Counted from the first letter of the stretch, positions 49,001 through 58,660 are shown. The stretch is DNA of 64,000 bases from Patescibacteria group bacterium UBA2773 (GCA_002352465.1 DEIN01000017.1:64777-128776); one strand, 5' to 3'. Numbers and translations are program-made. Notes: generated by a model from the sequence alone, not told the origin.

Positions 49001-52000
49001 AACAAACGATTAGGAGTGGGAACAGCGACGCCAACCACTGGTTTAGAGCTTTATGGTTCAACGGTCGACACAATTTTCACGATTACTTCGGCTAGTGATA
49101 CTTATAATCCAATGATGCAATTTAGGTCTGGGGCGACTCCTTCAGTTGGATTCTCTTTAGGAATGGACAACTCTGACAGTGATAAATTCAAGATTTATCC
49201 AGGGGATGACATTGCTGGAACTAGTATCTTTACCATGGATTCAGTTGGAAAAACTTCTATTTCTAATCTTCAATTAGGAAGTCAATCTTTCGCTGATGAT
49301 TCAGGAATAATTAGTTGGATTGATATGGCCGTCACCAGTAGTGCAGTTGATGACACGGTTGAATCCTATACTGCAATGCTGGATGGAAATGCGATGATAA
49401 CAGTTTATGGACTTTCTGACGGAGCCGGTGGAGTCGATAATTTGGGAGTTGGTATTAACACTGCCACGCCAACGGCCAGACTTCATCTTCCAGCGGGAAC
49501 AACCACTGCCGGTACGGCACCGTTGAAACTAACCAACGGAGATATAATGACTGCTGGAGAAGCTGGAGCTTTAGAATATGACGGATCTGAGCTTTATTTC
49601 ACTCCAAGTGGAACTACTCAAGAAACTGTGGCTTATGTTTCAGATATCACAGCTAGCGCCGTTTCTTTGACTAATTCTCCTGGAACTTATGATTATCTAA
49701 CTCTTTCTGGTCAAGCTATTACTCTAGCTCAAATTGATTTAACCACTGACATTACTGGAATTTTGCCAATGGCCAACGGTGGAACCAACAAAAATATGAC
49801 CGCTTCTGCTGGTTCAATTGCTTATTCTGACTCTGATTCTCTTGAATTTTCCGCCGTCGGAACTGCTGGTCAAGCTCTGATCTCTGGTGCTACTGGCGCT
49901 CCAACTTGGTTTGCTCCAACGGCTGGATCGCTCTTATTTGCTGGAACTTCTGGAATTCTTCAACAAGACAACGCAAGCTTATTCTTCGACGATACCAACA
50001 ACCGATTAGGAATTGGAACCGCTACGCCAAGTTATACATTAGACATTAATGGAGCTAGCGGGGTGACGGATTTATTCCAAGTGGCTACTAATGGCACTAG
50101 CGTTTTAACTGTGACGGACACTCAAACTACTTTTGATAATCCAGTTAATTTCGCCAATGTCGGAGATGTTTCAATGGCTTATGACTTGTTGATGACCAAT
50201 GCAACGGCGGGGAATATTAAATTCTCGGGACCGGGTTATGTTCAAACTGACAGCGCTTGGCAGAATTTGGATTTGACTTTGAACGCCGCTAATGATGGAT
50301 TTGTGGTAGTGGATGATACTTTACAAAATGCGCTAGATTTAACCACTACCACTGCTGGAGACTACTACGGTTTCTTAGGTGATGTTAACTCTACTGGAAT
50401 TTTCACCGCTGATACTACGAATACTTACGGAGTTTATGGAGATGCTTCCTCAACTGGAGTGTCAACTGGTGGAACAGTCAACACTTATGGCGGATATTTC
50501 ACTGCTACCGGAGAAAGCACTGGTGCTGCCACTACTAATGCTTATGGTTTGTATGTGGATGGAGCAACTGGCGCTGACAATAACTACAGCGCGGTGTTTG
50601 AGAATGGGAATGTCGGAATTGGCGACGCTACTCCTTCTGCCCTTTTAACCGTTGGAACTAGTGACGCTTTCCAAGTAGATAGCTCTGGAAATTTGACAAC
50701 GACAGGAACAGTGGAGGGTTTGACTCTAGCTTCAGCGGCGGATGGTTTCACAATTGCTGGTGGAACAACTTCAAGAACTTTGACTATTACTGGAGCGGAT
50801 GTTTCAATTAATCAATCTCTGCAAACAACTGATGCTCCAACTTTTGCTACTTTAAACACTGGTCAAGGAGATTATGAACTTTATGCGATGAATCAAGATT
50901 TGGAAACGACTGATAGTCCGAGTTTTGTTTCGCTTGATCTTCAAGAAGCGGGAACAGCTAAAGTTAATACCGATATTTTCTCGATTACCAATTCTGGCAA
51001 TGCAGTTGATATGGATGGAACTTTAAGTTCAATTCTTTTCAATCAATACTATTATGATGCTTCCACTCCAGCGGTGGCGGATGCCGGACGAATTTCAATT
51101 GGAACGGAAACTGACTGGACTTCAACTGCTTCCACTCAAGATTCATACCTTTCATTATCAGTGGCTGTTGATGGGACTTTGACTGAATATGCCAAATTGA
51201 CTAGTGCTGGATATTTCAATATCTATGATTCAACTGGAGCTGATTATGTTTCCATTTATCACGATGGAATGGATGCTCAAATCAGCACCAACACTGGTTC
51301 AATTGAAATTGGTTCTTCTGGAGATTTTGTGATTGACAGTGGTGTAAATGTTGGAATTGGTGGGGTGACCAGTTTTGGAACCAGTGCTGATAATGTTTTA
51401 GCAATTGCTTCGAGCACGGCGCCAACTACTTCAATTACAGATGGGGTTCAGCTGTACAGCATTGAAGCCACTGGCTATCATCGACTATATGTTCGAGATG
51501 AAGAAGGGAACGCTACTCCTGTTTCTCCTCATGATTTTTCCTTATTGCCTGAAGATGAAATAAGAGAATCTTTGTCTTGGTCTTACTATTCAGAAAAAGA
51601 TGATTCGGCAATTAATGTTGATATGACTAAAGCAATCAGACTAATCGAACAAATTTCTGGTGAAAAATTGATTTATAAGGTTGACTTGTTGACTGGTTTG
51701 GAACTTGTGGAAGAAAATCTTGATTTGGAAATAGATTCAGAATTCTTGTTTAGTGAAGAACAACAACAGGCAATTACAGTTCTTACTAATAATCTTGAAA
51801 CTTTGCAAACTGAAACGACTGACACGCAAGCCCGATTGATTGAAATAGAAACTTTGGTTGAAAGTTTGACTTCATTTGACAGTTTGGCGGCTGAACAACT
51901 TTCTTCTCAACAACAAAGAATTAACGCTTTGGAAATCGCAATTGAGACTGGAATAATCCCAGATGCTGAAAAATTCTCAGTTGACGCCGAGGGCAATGTC

Positions 52001-52318
52001 ACTTTTGCTCAAACGCTTTTTGCCGAAAAAGTTGAGTCAAATGTGATTGTGGCGGGAGAATATGTGATTGCTAAAGATGAAAGTGAGAGCGATAAGAATA
52101 CTGGTTCGGTGACAATCTATGCCGGGCAATCAGAAATTTTTGTAGAAAATACCAAGATTAATAATAGCTCTAGAGTAATGGTGACTCCAATTGGAAGTAG
52201 TCCAATTAATTGGATTGTTTCTGAGAAGAGGGAAGGACAAGGATTTATTATTAAATTAGACGGTGGCGTTAGTGAAGATATTGTATTTGATTATTGGATA
52301 GTTCAGGCGGAGGAATAG
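43016..52318 (+). CDS. Giant (~3100 aa) exported fibre-like/adhesin protein with phage tail-fibre-type repeats
   Basis: Signal/TM; recurring VGIGT..P, LP..NGGT, VALGTDTTGNYV motifs; Gly/Thr/Ser-rich; C-terminal coiled coil and beta domain; exact start uncertain. Confidence 0.8.
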   Translation: MSKMNLVQTKIIEKIKANFSQKRELILGKGGDFVMVFFAVFLGFILFSIPAEASIAMDLSMFVLDKETNKPLEGVQTVIFSIYPENSEIAIWQETQEIELNFGLIRTALGEINVLPLNLNMLDNNYYLGIKIGDDKELVPRKRISPNLFAVSSAYAQNAGSLNGSVIGENEGNLMLLGKGGEVDSKFLSSDLSLLGDEIDISSETNLGVAGSLLTLSGDNLSVKEGVLTDGRFCTYSTTNGLVCDTDGGAITHDEVTLSNSPGIYDYLTLSGQALTLDQIDLTTDVSGILPDVNVANNLTIDGGLIFGTDLDLKTGTDITEGRIQWDATTDRIVVGTGSDFTTFYSGSGAGGIAGSGITNHLAYWLDSNTLTSTGGSASQMLINNASSVPTFVSIGGDIAITSGGLTSIQADSVALGTDTTGSYVQSITNGNGISGADGGSESAILTLAIDATTTGTTVTTASNSGLETTADGLRIIGGCSDGQILTWNSSLEVWSCNNNTGGTSNWTDSGNLTFLTNTTDDFAIGGGTLASAMFAIDESAGNFYFASDNSANPTFLFEATDSDTGSFGFNTNDAFYFSDANVGIGTTDPSTFFEVATTARFSGSVDETALGLDRIDIGVQNGTPRMVFEDNSYTRWEIDNSEGVFRWFTPGFERLTLDASGNMNLVTGNLEIGSVSVLTSARQLQNLTGLASSGTITFSGLTTDGVVTVSSGALSSEAQLAISQGGTGASLTDPNDDRIMFWDDTAGAVTWLDLGANLTITGTTIAATDTNTTYTAGIALDLNSTTFDVDLSELTTSTADIDGDYFVVIDTSNAQKKLTKANIALSGFDNDLGWTTSTGDITSVVAGAGLTNGGTSGDVTLNIGAGTGITVNADSIEATLGTAIEKGELVNSGSLSFDWLDSEVANSLTITGGTIDATTTIDKDPVITLGTDLTGNVTLSNLASGTLNATIVANSVALGTDTTGNYVSTITGGTGIDSTGATSGENIVHSLSVNTTEIGTTTWFDKTAGTDILWKFDGESNDGTFGYYEDEDAFGFTNSSVGIGTTNPTAKLQIAAGTTSAGSAPLKLTSGDSMTTVEAGALEYDGSKLYFTPVGTRETVAYISDITGAAHPAVTIGTASGLSIDGSQVLSLGLASSGVTGALSGTDWDTFNAKQVALTIGDLSGMADQVTVANGAGSIIGSGVTLSLPQSIAITSTPTFGGLTLTTDLSVDNGGTGTSTFTSGGMLYGNGASAIGATAVLSNGQLLIGDGSGVPTLTTLTDGTGITITEGAGSITIASTLGETIETGEITNDSILEVDFDVTNVATDNYILSYDSDSGGFTWIDNTGGTGASKWTDDGTFSYLTETNDDLVIGGSTTSAPLFFDSSEATLSLGYNGTSGSLSLYSEVGGTDYTLKFQPSSSMTQNVTYMMPVDDGTSDQTLITNGAGVLAWGTVTEISGAGDITAIGDVSTGSAFTATGTQGTSLYFYDADGRGQLKTADLTAARTYTLPDATGTMALTSQLHDAVTIGTASGLSIDGSQVLSLGLASSGVTGALSGTDWDTFNNKQTAGNYLTALTGDATATGPGSAAITLATVNSNIGVFNNLTVNAKGLVTGASNVAYLTSYTETDPIYIASQAHNIDATDIANLGNLSGTNTGDITLAGTLDYLTLSGQQITRGLIDLTTDVSEILPITNGGTGASSLADLIALGTDTTGNYVKSITNGNGITGGDGGSESAVLTIAIDADTTGTTATTYSNSGLEATADGLRIIGGCSTGQILTWDASDVRWECTTNTAGSSDWTDTGTLTHLTDTANDFAIGGTSLVASMFAIDESAGNFYFASDNSANPTFLFEATDSDAGSFGFNTNDAFYFSDANVGIGDTSPTALFTVGTADAFQIDASGNVTTSGTVEGLTLASAEDGFTIAGGTTSRTLTIAGDDVSINQSLLTTSAPTFVTLNTGNGDYELFAMNQDVETTDSVTFTGLTLSGLTQGSVPFIGASGVVSQDNSNLFFDDTNKRLGVGTATPTTGLELYGSTVDTIFTITSASDTYNPMMQFRSGATPSVGFSLGMDNSDSDKFKIYPGDDIAGTSIFTMDSVGKTSISNLQLGSQSFADDSGIISWIDMAVTSSAVDDTVESYTAMLDGNAMITVYGLSDGAGGVDNLGVGINTATPTARLHLPAGTTTAGTAPLKLTNGDIMTAGEAGALEYDGSELYFTPSGTTQETVAYVSDITASAVSLTNSPGTYDYLTLSGQAITLAQIDLTTDITGILPMANGGTNKNMTASAGSIAYSDSDSLEFSAVGTAGQALISGATGAPTWFAPTAGSLLFAGTSGILQQDNASLFFDDTNNRLGIGTATPSYTLDINGASGVTDLFQVATNGTSVLTVTDTQTTFDNPVNFANVGDVSMAYDLLMTNATAGNIKFSGPGYVQTDSAWQNLDLTLNAANDGFVVVDDTLQNALDLTTTTAGDYYGFLGDVNSTGIFTADTTNTYGVYGDASSTGVSTGGTVNTYGGYFTATGESTGAATTNAYGLYVDGATGADNNYSAVFENGNVGIGDATPSALLTVGTSDAFQVDSSGNLTTTGTVEGLTLASAADGFTIAGGTTSRTLTITGADVSINQSLQTTDAPTFATLNTGQGDYELYAMNQDLETTDSPSFVSLDLQEAGTAKVNTDIFSITNSGNAVDMDGTLSSILFNQYYYDASTPAVADAGRISIGTETDWTSTASTQDSYLSLSVAVDGTLTEYAKLTSAGYFNIYDSTGADYVSIYHDGMDAQISTNTGSIEIGSSGDFVIDSGVNVGIGGVTSFGTSADNVLAIASSTAPTTSITDGVQLYSIEATGYHRLYVRDEEGNATPVSPHDFSLLPEDEIRESLSWSYYSEKDDSAINVDMTKAIRLIEQISGEKLIYKVDLLTGLELVEENLDLEIDSEFLFSEEQQQAITVLTNNLETLQTETTDTQARLIEIETLVESLTSFDSLAAEQLSSQQQRINALEIAIETGIIPDAEKFSVDAEGNVTFAQTLFAEKVESNVIVAGEYVIAKDESESDKNTGSVTIYAGQSEIFVENTKINNSSRVMVTPIGSSPINWIVSEKREGQGFIIKLDGGVSEDIVFDYWIVQAEE

Positions 52319-52326
52319 GAGGGAGA

Positions 52327-52825
52327 ATTTTAAATTTTAAATTTGAAGTCAATTTTAAATGTTTTAATTTTCAAGAAAAAACCCACCTAGCCTCCTCGCC
52401 TCGCTAAAGCTATGGCGGAGCGGGTCTTTGAAAAGGGAGGGGAGCAAAAAACAAGTTTTTTAAAAAATTAGACATTTTAATTAGGGCGAAGCATCCCCCT
52501 TTCCTAAAAGGGGAATTAAAGGGGGTTTTAACAAATAACAAGTATTGACTGAATTTTATTTCGGTAAAAAAACGACGCAAAAAATTGGGTCTAGGAGGCT
52601 TTTAAATTAAAAAAAGGATTAGAAATACTTGGGAAATTTTAAATTTAGAATTTTAAATTTTACTTGCCTCGCCAGAAGTTTATTGAAGGCGGGATTCAAT
52701 TTTGAATGATTTAATTTTTAATTTTAAAATAAAAACCCACCCAGCCTCCCTTTGCGAAAGGGAGGGGAGCGAAGAAGAATATTTTAATCGGGGTGAAGTG
52801 TCCCTCTTTTGGAAAAGGGGGAGGA
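52327..52825. repeat. Cluster of nested small repeats
   Basis: Heptamer arms, CCCACC.AGCCTCCCTTT..AAAGGGAGGGG, CCCCCTTT..AAAGGGG, CGCTAAAGCTATGGCG. Confidence 0.75.
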
Positions 52826-53032
52826 GCGTGGAACAAGATTTAAAGTAGTTTAAGTTTTGAGATAGAATGTGTCATGGAACGTTTTATAGTACATATTAGG
52901 CAAAGAAGATATTATTGAGTTTTTCTTTGAGAAGTTAGGAGCAAAAATAATAAAAATTAAAATGATAAAATTAAAAATTGAATATTAAAATATTGAATGA
53001 ATATTGAATATTGATTATTGAGCATTTAACTT

Positions 53033-56000
53033 ATGAATAAATTAAAATACACAATCTATTTTTTGATTTTTGGAATAGCAACATTGACAGCTAATCAAAC
53101 TCAAGCTGTTTACCTCGTTGCTGGGCGAAAAAAGTTTCGGTTTGGATTATTCTTGATTTTTGCTGTTTTCTTTTTTGGTCTAGCTATAGCCTCGCCGACT
53201 TTTGCTGCTACTTGCAACGATCAAGCGGATGGAAATTGGAACTCGGCGGCGACTTGGGATTGTGGGATTGTTCCGGATGCCGATGATGATGTGACGATTG
53301 ATTCGCATACGGTGACGATGACGGCCGATTCGCTTTCCAATACTGTCACGATTTCTGGTGGGACTTTATCTTCTGGCAATTATAAAATTATTACTAAGGA
53401 TTTTGTGCAAACGGGAGGGACGGTTTCGATGGGGTCGGGAGCGATGAAAGTGGCGGGGGATTTCACTAGGATGGGAGGGATTTTCACGGCGGGGACGAGT
53501 GTGGTTTCGTTGGTGGGAGTGGATCAAACCATTGACGTGACAGGAGCACCGACAACATTTTATAAACTTTATAAACTTACTAATTCGGCGGATACTTTGA
53601 CTATCACCGCTGGGAATGAATTGATGATTGCGTCAGGTGGGGTGATGCGGTTTTGGGGAAAACCAGAATCAAAAACTTTATCCATTGTTTCTTCCAGTCC
53701 TGGAACTTCCTACACTATTACTCGAATGGGAACCGCTGAACTAGAATACACCGATTGGTCGGATGCGACTTGGTCTGCTTCTCAAACAGTGGCGGCTTCT
53801 AGTTTGGGAACTGGAAATACTAATTTGACCGTGACAAAAGAATTTATTTCGACTATCAGAGCAACGGGTGGAGATTATTCCTCTTTGTCTTCTTGGGAAT
53901 CAGCCAATCAAACTGATTTAACGGCGACGACTACCAAAGTTTTTTCTCACGGCGGAATTACTGGCACCATCGCTGACACCGACACAATCACTGGTTCAAC
54001 CAGTGGAGCGACCGCTAATGTTGTCCACGCCACCACAACTCAAATACTTCTTGAATCAATTTCTGGTACTTTCCAATCTGGCGAGCAAGTTCAAGTGGAT
54101 GCCTCTAACCTCGTCACGATTTCGGACGCCGGCTTCGGCGCCATTTCCACGGCGGAATGCTACAACGATTGGCCGAGCGGGTTGGTGGAAGATTATGTGT
54201 CAATTTCTGGTTGGACAACGGGTAAAAATAATTATGTAAAAGTTTATACACCTCAAGGTCAACGTCACAACGGTGTATTAAAAAATGAAAGTGGAAATTA
54301 TACAGGTTTTACAATTAAACAAACAAATTATTCTGGTAAGACCTCGGTTTTTGGTAACGAACAAAATTATACGATTATTGATGGGATAATTATAGTTGCT
54401 GCTGAAAGTCAGGTTTCCTACGGGATTTCGAGTGAAGTCGCATATTCCACTGTGAGTAATAATATTGTTTACAGGGAGGTTGGTACAGGACAGCAAGGAA
54501 TAAGATTTTATACGACAGCAAGTGTCGGTTCGTATATTTTTAATAATATTGTTTATGGATCTGACAGTAATAATTGGGAAATTTGTTTTATGGGTTGCAA
54601 GGGAGAGGTATATAATAACGTGGCTTATGAGTGTGATTATGGGTTTGTTAATTATTCTACTTACGATAATGAATTGACAAATAATAGTGCATTCAATAAT
54701 AATATTTATGATTTTGGTGGTTCTGTTAATGCAATTATTTCAAATAGTATATCAAGTGATGGCACAGCTGATGATTTTGGGGGTAGCGATAATATTGTAG
54801 ATGCGACTTTGGCTGATCTAGATTTTGTCTCGACTACGTCTGGATTAGAGGATTTGCACATTGAAACAGATTCGGTGGCCCGAAATGAGGGATTGGATTT
54901 GTCGGTTGATCCTGATTATCCATTAGTTTCTGATATTGACGGAGATTCAATGCTGGGGTTTGCGGAGTGGTCGATTGGGGCAGATCAATATTCTGATTTT
55001 GACTATTCTTCCCTTAGTCCGACTGATGGAAATAAATCGGTGGCGGTGGGAGCGGATTTTGTGATGAATTTCTCAGAAAGTGTGACAGCCCAAGCGGGAA
55101 AATATATTTATATTAAACGAGAAGATGATGACTCAACGGTTTTTGCGATTGAAGCTGACGACACCACCCAAGTTTCGGGTTCGGGCACGGTGCAAATCAC
55201 TGTCAATCCAGCCGAGAATTTGGAAGCGGGAACAAAATATTACGTCACAATGGACAGGAGTTGTTTTATAAATGTTTATTTGCACCAAAACGCGGTGATT
55301 TCCGACAGCATCGAGTGGAATTTTCAGACTGCGTCTTTTGATTGGCATGATAAGTCTTGGACTAAACGCAAAAAAATCACCATTGACGAGGGGGAAGTCT
55401 CGGGTGGGCAAACTGATTTTCCGGTTTTGCTTTCCGTGACGGACACTGATTTCAAAGACCACGCTCAAACTGATGGCAATGATTTTTTCTTGACTGACAC
55501 CGCTGGCAACCAACTTCCGCACGAAATCGAATCCTACACCGCCTCAACTGGTGAGTTGGTTTTGTGGTTTAAAGCCTCCTATCTTTATGACACCTCTGAC
55601 ACTCATTTCTATGTATATTATGGCAATTCGTTGGCAGATGATCAGCAAGACGCGGAGAATGTTTGGGATGAGAATTACAAAATGGTTCAGCATATGGATG
55701 ATACTACAACGTCAACTATCACTGATTCAACGGCTAATGATAATGATGGAACAAAATATGCAGTTAATGAACCAGCGGCGGGAACAGGATTATTGGCTGA
55801 TGGCTTAGTTGGAAAGGCACAAGACTTTGATGTGGTTGACGATGTGGTTAATTGTGGCTCTGGAGCATCTATTGATGATATTTTTGCTGGTGGTGGAACT
55901 GTTCAATTCATAATGAAGCCACAAGGTTGGGGTGAGTTTGAATATGGAAGAGTCTTAGATAAGGGTCCCGATGCTTCTAATTTAACATCTACACAATTTT

Positions 56001-57778
56001 ATATTTCCTCTAATGGTGATCTCCTCTTTACTAAATCTTTTTCAACTACAAACGGAGTTTGGGGTCCTGGTTCTGACACAATTTCATTAAATAATATATA
56101 TTTTTGTAGTTTGGTATATGATAGTGATTCTGTCACAAATAATCCTATTATGTATTTAAATGGATCAGATGCTACAGCACTAGCAGCTGCTACGCCATCT
56201 GGATCTGCAACATCAGATGCTGGAAATGATTTATTTTTAGGTGCAAGGGGCACGGATAGAGAATTTGATGGGCTTATAGATGAAGTTAAGTTTTTATCAA
56301 CAGAGTTATCAGCAGATTGGATTTCAACAGAATACAACAACCAATCCGCGCCGGGGGATTTCTTGAGTTTGAGTGCGGAGGAATCAAGTGGAGCAGAGTC
56401 TTCGGCCGGGCAAGACGGGGGAGTGAGTAGCGACGGTTTGGTCGGTTACTGGTCTTTTGACGGCTCCGACATCTCTGGCACGACGGTTTATGATCGAAGT
56501 GGCCAAGGCAACAACGGAACTTTGACCAATGGCCCCACTCCTGCTCTAGGTAAACTTGGTCAAGGAATGAGTTTTGATGATACTAATGACTATGTAAATA
56601 TTGGAAATATTTCTGCTTTAAAACCTGCTTTTCCTTTTAGTGTTTCTTTTTGGTCGAAAAGAACAATAGGTAGTGGAGTCGTTTTCAGTACTGGACCAGC
56701 TAATATGGGTGCGTCTGGTTATAGAGGTTGGATGATTTATGATGGAGGAGATTTTAGGGGCGGTGATGGATCAGGTGTCGGAATTGGAGACAGATTTGGG
56801 CGGAATGTACTTGTTAATCCTGGCATTGATGGCATTTGGCATTATAAAACGATTGTAGTGACTAGCTCTACTAATATTAATTTATATTTAGATGGAGAAT
56901 TAAATAATGGTGCATACACAAATGGAACTGCTTCTAGTTTGGGATATGGATCGGACAGGGTTCTTATTGGTGCAAGTGATGATGGGGGAACTCCAGAGAA
57001 TTTTTTTGGTGGCTTTGTTGATGAAGTTCGGGTTTATAATCGAGCTTTGTCGGCTAATGAAATTTCCGGGCTTTATAATTCCGGGCAAGCGAAATTCCAA
57101 ACTTCTGATAACGAAAATAATCTTTCTGATGGTTTGGTAGGCTATTGGCCATTTGACGGCTCCGACATCTCTGGCACTAACGCCTATGACCGTTCGGGAA
57201 ATGGCAACAACGGCACTCTCACCAACGACCCCATCCCCGCCCTAGGAAAATTAGGTCAAGCGTTGAGTTTTGACGGGATGGACGATTATGTCTTAGTGCC
57301 AAACAGTTCTGAAATTCATCCAGTAAATGAATTGACAATAGGGGCTTGGGTTAACCAAAATAATAATGCTACTAGTCCATATCAAAGAATAACTGAAAAA
57401 AATGATGATTTAACGTGTTGGATTAACGATAATAATGGTGATGTGTGTGTTAGGCTCAGTGCTAATAAAAATGGTGAAGCGTCTCAAACTTGCTTTGAGG
57501 CAGATATAAGTCAAAATAGGTGGTATCATTTATTTTTTACTTATAAAAGTGATGAATCTGTCGTTAGTCTTTACATTGATGGAGAATTATTTGATACTAG
57601 TAGCTATTACTATGGACTTTTAACGACTAATACTAATGCTTTGTATATTGGTAATAAGAGTAGTATTGATAGATCTTGGATGGGACAAATTGACGAAGTG
57701 CGGATTTATGATCGGGCTTTGTCGGCTGTTGAAATATCCCAATTATACAACATGGGTCGAGTGGAAATAACGAACTAA
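53033..57778 (+). CDS. Secreted modular protein: beta-helix module, Ig-like domain, DUF2341, LamG domains
   Basis: NN.(I/V)Y beta-helix repeats; SP.DG...V....F.MNFSE.V Ig-like; DFPVLLS..D.ND..LTD..G.QLPHEIE..LWFK..YVYYGN; three LamG-type units. Confidence 0.88.
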   Translation: MNKLKYTIYFLIFGIATLTANQTQAVYLVAGRKKFRFGLFLIFAVFFFGLAIASPTFAATCNDQADGNWNSAATWDCGIVPDADDDVTIDSHTVTMTADSLSNTVTISGGTLSSGNYKIITKDFVQTGGTVSMGSGAMKVAGDFTRMGGIFTAGTSVVSLVGVDQTIDVTGAPTTFYKLYKLTNSADTLTITAGNELMIASGGVMRFWGKPESKTLSIVSSSPGTSYTITRMGTAELEYTDWSDATWSASQTVAASSLGTGNTNLTVTKEFISTIRATGGDYSSLSSWESANQTDLTATTTKVFSHGGITGTIADTDTITGSTSGATANVVHATTTQILLESISGTFQSGEQVQVDASNLVTISDAGFGAISTAECYNDWPSGLVEDYVSISGWTTGKNNYVKVYTPQGQRHNGVLKNESGNYTGFTIKQTNYSGKTSVFGNEQNYTIIDGIIIVAAESQVSYGISSEVAYSTVSNNIVYREVGTGQQGIRFYTTASVGSYIFNNIVYGSDSNNWEICFMGCKGEVYNNVAYECDYGFVNYSTYDNELTNNSAFNNNIYDFGGSVNAIISNSISSDGTADDFGGSDNIVDATLADLDFVSTTSGLEDLHIETDSVARNEGLDLSVDPDYPLVSDIDGDSMLGFAEWSIGADQYSDFDYSSLSPTDGNKSVAVGADFVMNFSESVTAQAGKYIYIKREDDDSTVFAIEADDTTQVSGSGTVQITVNPAENLEAGTKYYVTMDRSCFINVYLHQNAVISDSIEWNFQTASFDWHDKSWTKRKKITIDEGEVSGGQTDFPVLLSVTDTDFKDHAQTDGNDFFLTDTAGNQLPHEIESYTASTGELVLWFKASYLYDTSDTHFYVYYGNSLADDQQDAENVWDENYKMVQHMDDTTTSTITDSTANDNDGTKYAVNEPAAGTGLLADGLVGKAQDFDVVDDVVNCGSGASIDDIFAGGGTVQFIMKPQGWGEFEYGRVLDKGPDASNLTSTQFYISSNGDLLFTKSFSTTNGVWGPGSDTISLNNIYFCSLVYDSDSVTNNPIMYLNGSDATALAAATPSGSATSDAGNDLFLGARGTDREFDGLIDEVKFLSTELSADWISTEYNNQSAPGDFLSLSAEESSGAESSAGQDGGVSSDGLVGYWSFDGSDISGTTVYDRSGQGNNGTLTNGPTPALGKLGQGMSFDDTNDYVNIGNISALKPAFPFSVSFWSKRTIGSGVVFSTGPANMGASGYRGWMIYDGGDFRGGDGSGVGIGDRFGRNVLVNPGIDGIWHYKTIVVTSSTNINLYLDGELNNGAYTNGTASSLGYGSDRVLIGASDDGGTPENFFGGFVDEVRVYNRALSANEISGLYNSGQAKFQTSDNENNLSDGLVGYWPFDGSDISGTNAYDRSGNGNNGTLTNDPIPALGKLGQALSFDGMDDYVLVPNSSEIHPVNELTIGAWVNQNNNATSPYQRITEKNDDLTCWINDNNGDVCVRLSANKNGEASQTCFEADISQNRWYHLFFTYKSDESVVSLYIDGELFDTSSYYYGLLTTNTNALYIGNKSSIDRSWMGQIDEVRIYDRALSAVEISQLYNMGRVEITN

Positions 57779-57797
57779 GAATTAAGTATCTTTCCTA

Positions 57798-57850
57798 ATT
57801 TCCCTCATCGGTTTGACCGTTGTATTCATATCGGTCGGACTAGGGGAAAT
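57798..57850. repeat. REP-like doublet, family A (degenerate)
   Basis: TTTCCC..TCGGTTTGACCGTTGTATTCATATCGGTCGGACTAGGGGAAA. Confidence 0.75.
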
Positions 57851-57932
57851 TATGATTGGAAATAGCTTTGTCAATTTTTTAAAAATAAGTTAAAATTACT
57901 TATAAATTGGATTAAAAAATATAAAATAAAAA

Positions 57933-58529
57933 ATGGAAGAGAAAAAAAAGATTATTGTAGAGAACTCTATAGAGACGGTTAAAAAAAGAAAATATAAAAT
58001 TGATTATCGAAACTTGAGTTTTTTGATTGGAGGATTGATTTTATTGATTGGGATTATTGGAGGAGGGATTTGGTTTTTTAAATCAAAAAAAGGAGAAGTC
58101 AAAGTTTATGATGCTTTGGTGATGTTGAAAGATCAAAAATCTGCTAATTCCGAAGAAGATGCTAAAAATTCAGCCAAAAAAGGAGATGTGATTTTGATCA
58201 GAGAAACTGGTCAAGAATGGTCAAAGACGGAAAAAATCAGTTATTTGATTTTAAAAATTAAATTGAATGAAAAACAAGCGCAAAAAATTGTTCAGGCTAA
58301 AACCAAAAAACTTTCGAAAGATGAAGCCAAGGAAAAAGGACTGGTGGATGATGAGCGATTGAAAACTATGGAAAAAGAAGAGCTTGAGCAGACCTTAAAA
58401 GAGGATATTTTGTTTCGGGAATATCGAGTAAAGATTGAAAAGTTGGAATTTGATCCGATGAAAGTCCGGAATGAGCAACCGTTTGAAGATGAGGAGTTTG
58501 GGTGGAGTCTTGTTGAGAAAAAAGATTAA
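57933..58529 (+). CDS. Hypothetical single-pass membrane protein
   Basis: One TM segment followed by charged soluble domain; co-oriented in locus. Confidence 0.75.
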   Translation: MEEKKKIIVENSIETVKKRKYKIDYRNLSFLIGGLILLIGIIGGGIWFFKSKKGEVKVYDALVMLKDQKSANSEEDAKNSAKKGDVILIRETGQEWSKTEKISYLILKIKLNEKQAQKIVQAKTKKLSKDEAKEKGLVDDERLKTMEKEELEQTLKEDILFREYRVKIEKLEFDPMKVRNEQPFEDEEFGWSLVEKKD

Positions 58530-58660
58530 AAGAATTTATAGTCAATATATGACAAAAAGAAAAATAAACGTAAAAAATAGAATCAGTTAGTTTTATCTTG
58601 GAACATACTGTCGATAATGGCAGAAAATAAATAATCTAAATTTTAAACTGGTCGAATTCG

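Noticed and set aside
43016-52318. Prophage
   Set aside because: Tail-fibre-like motifs only; no capsid, terminase, portal or integrase, and the protein has an export signal
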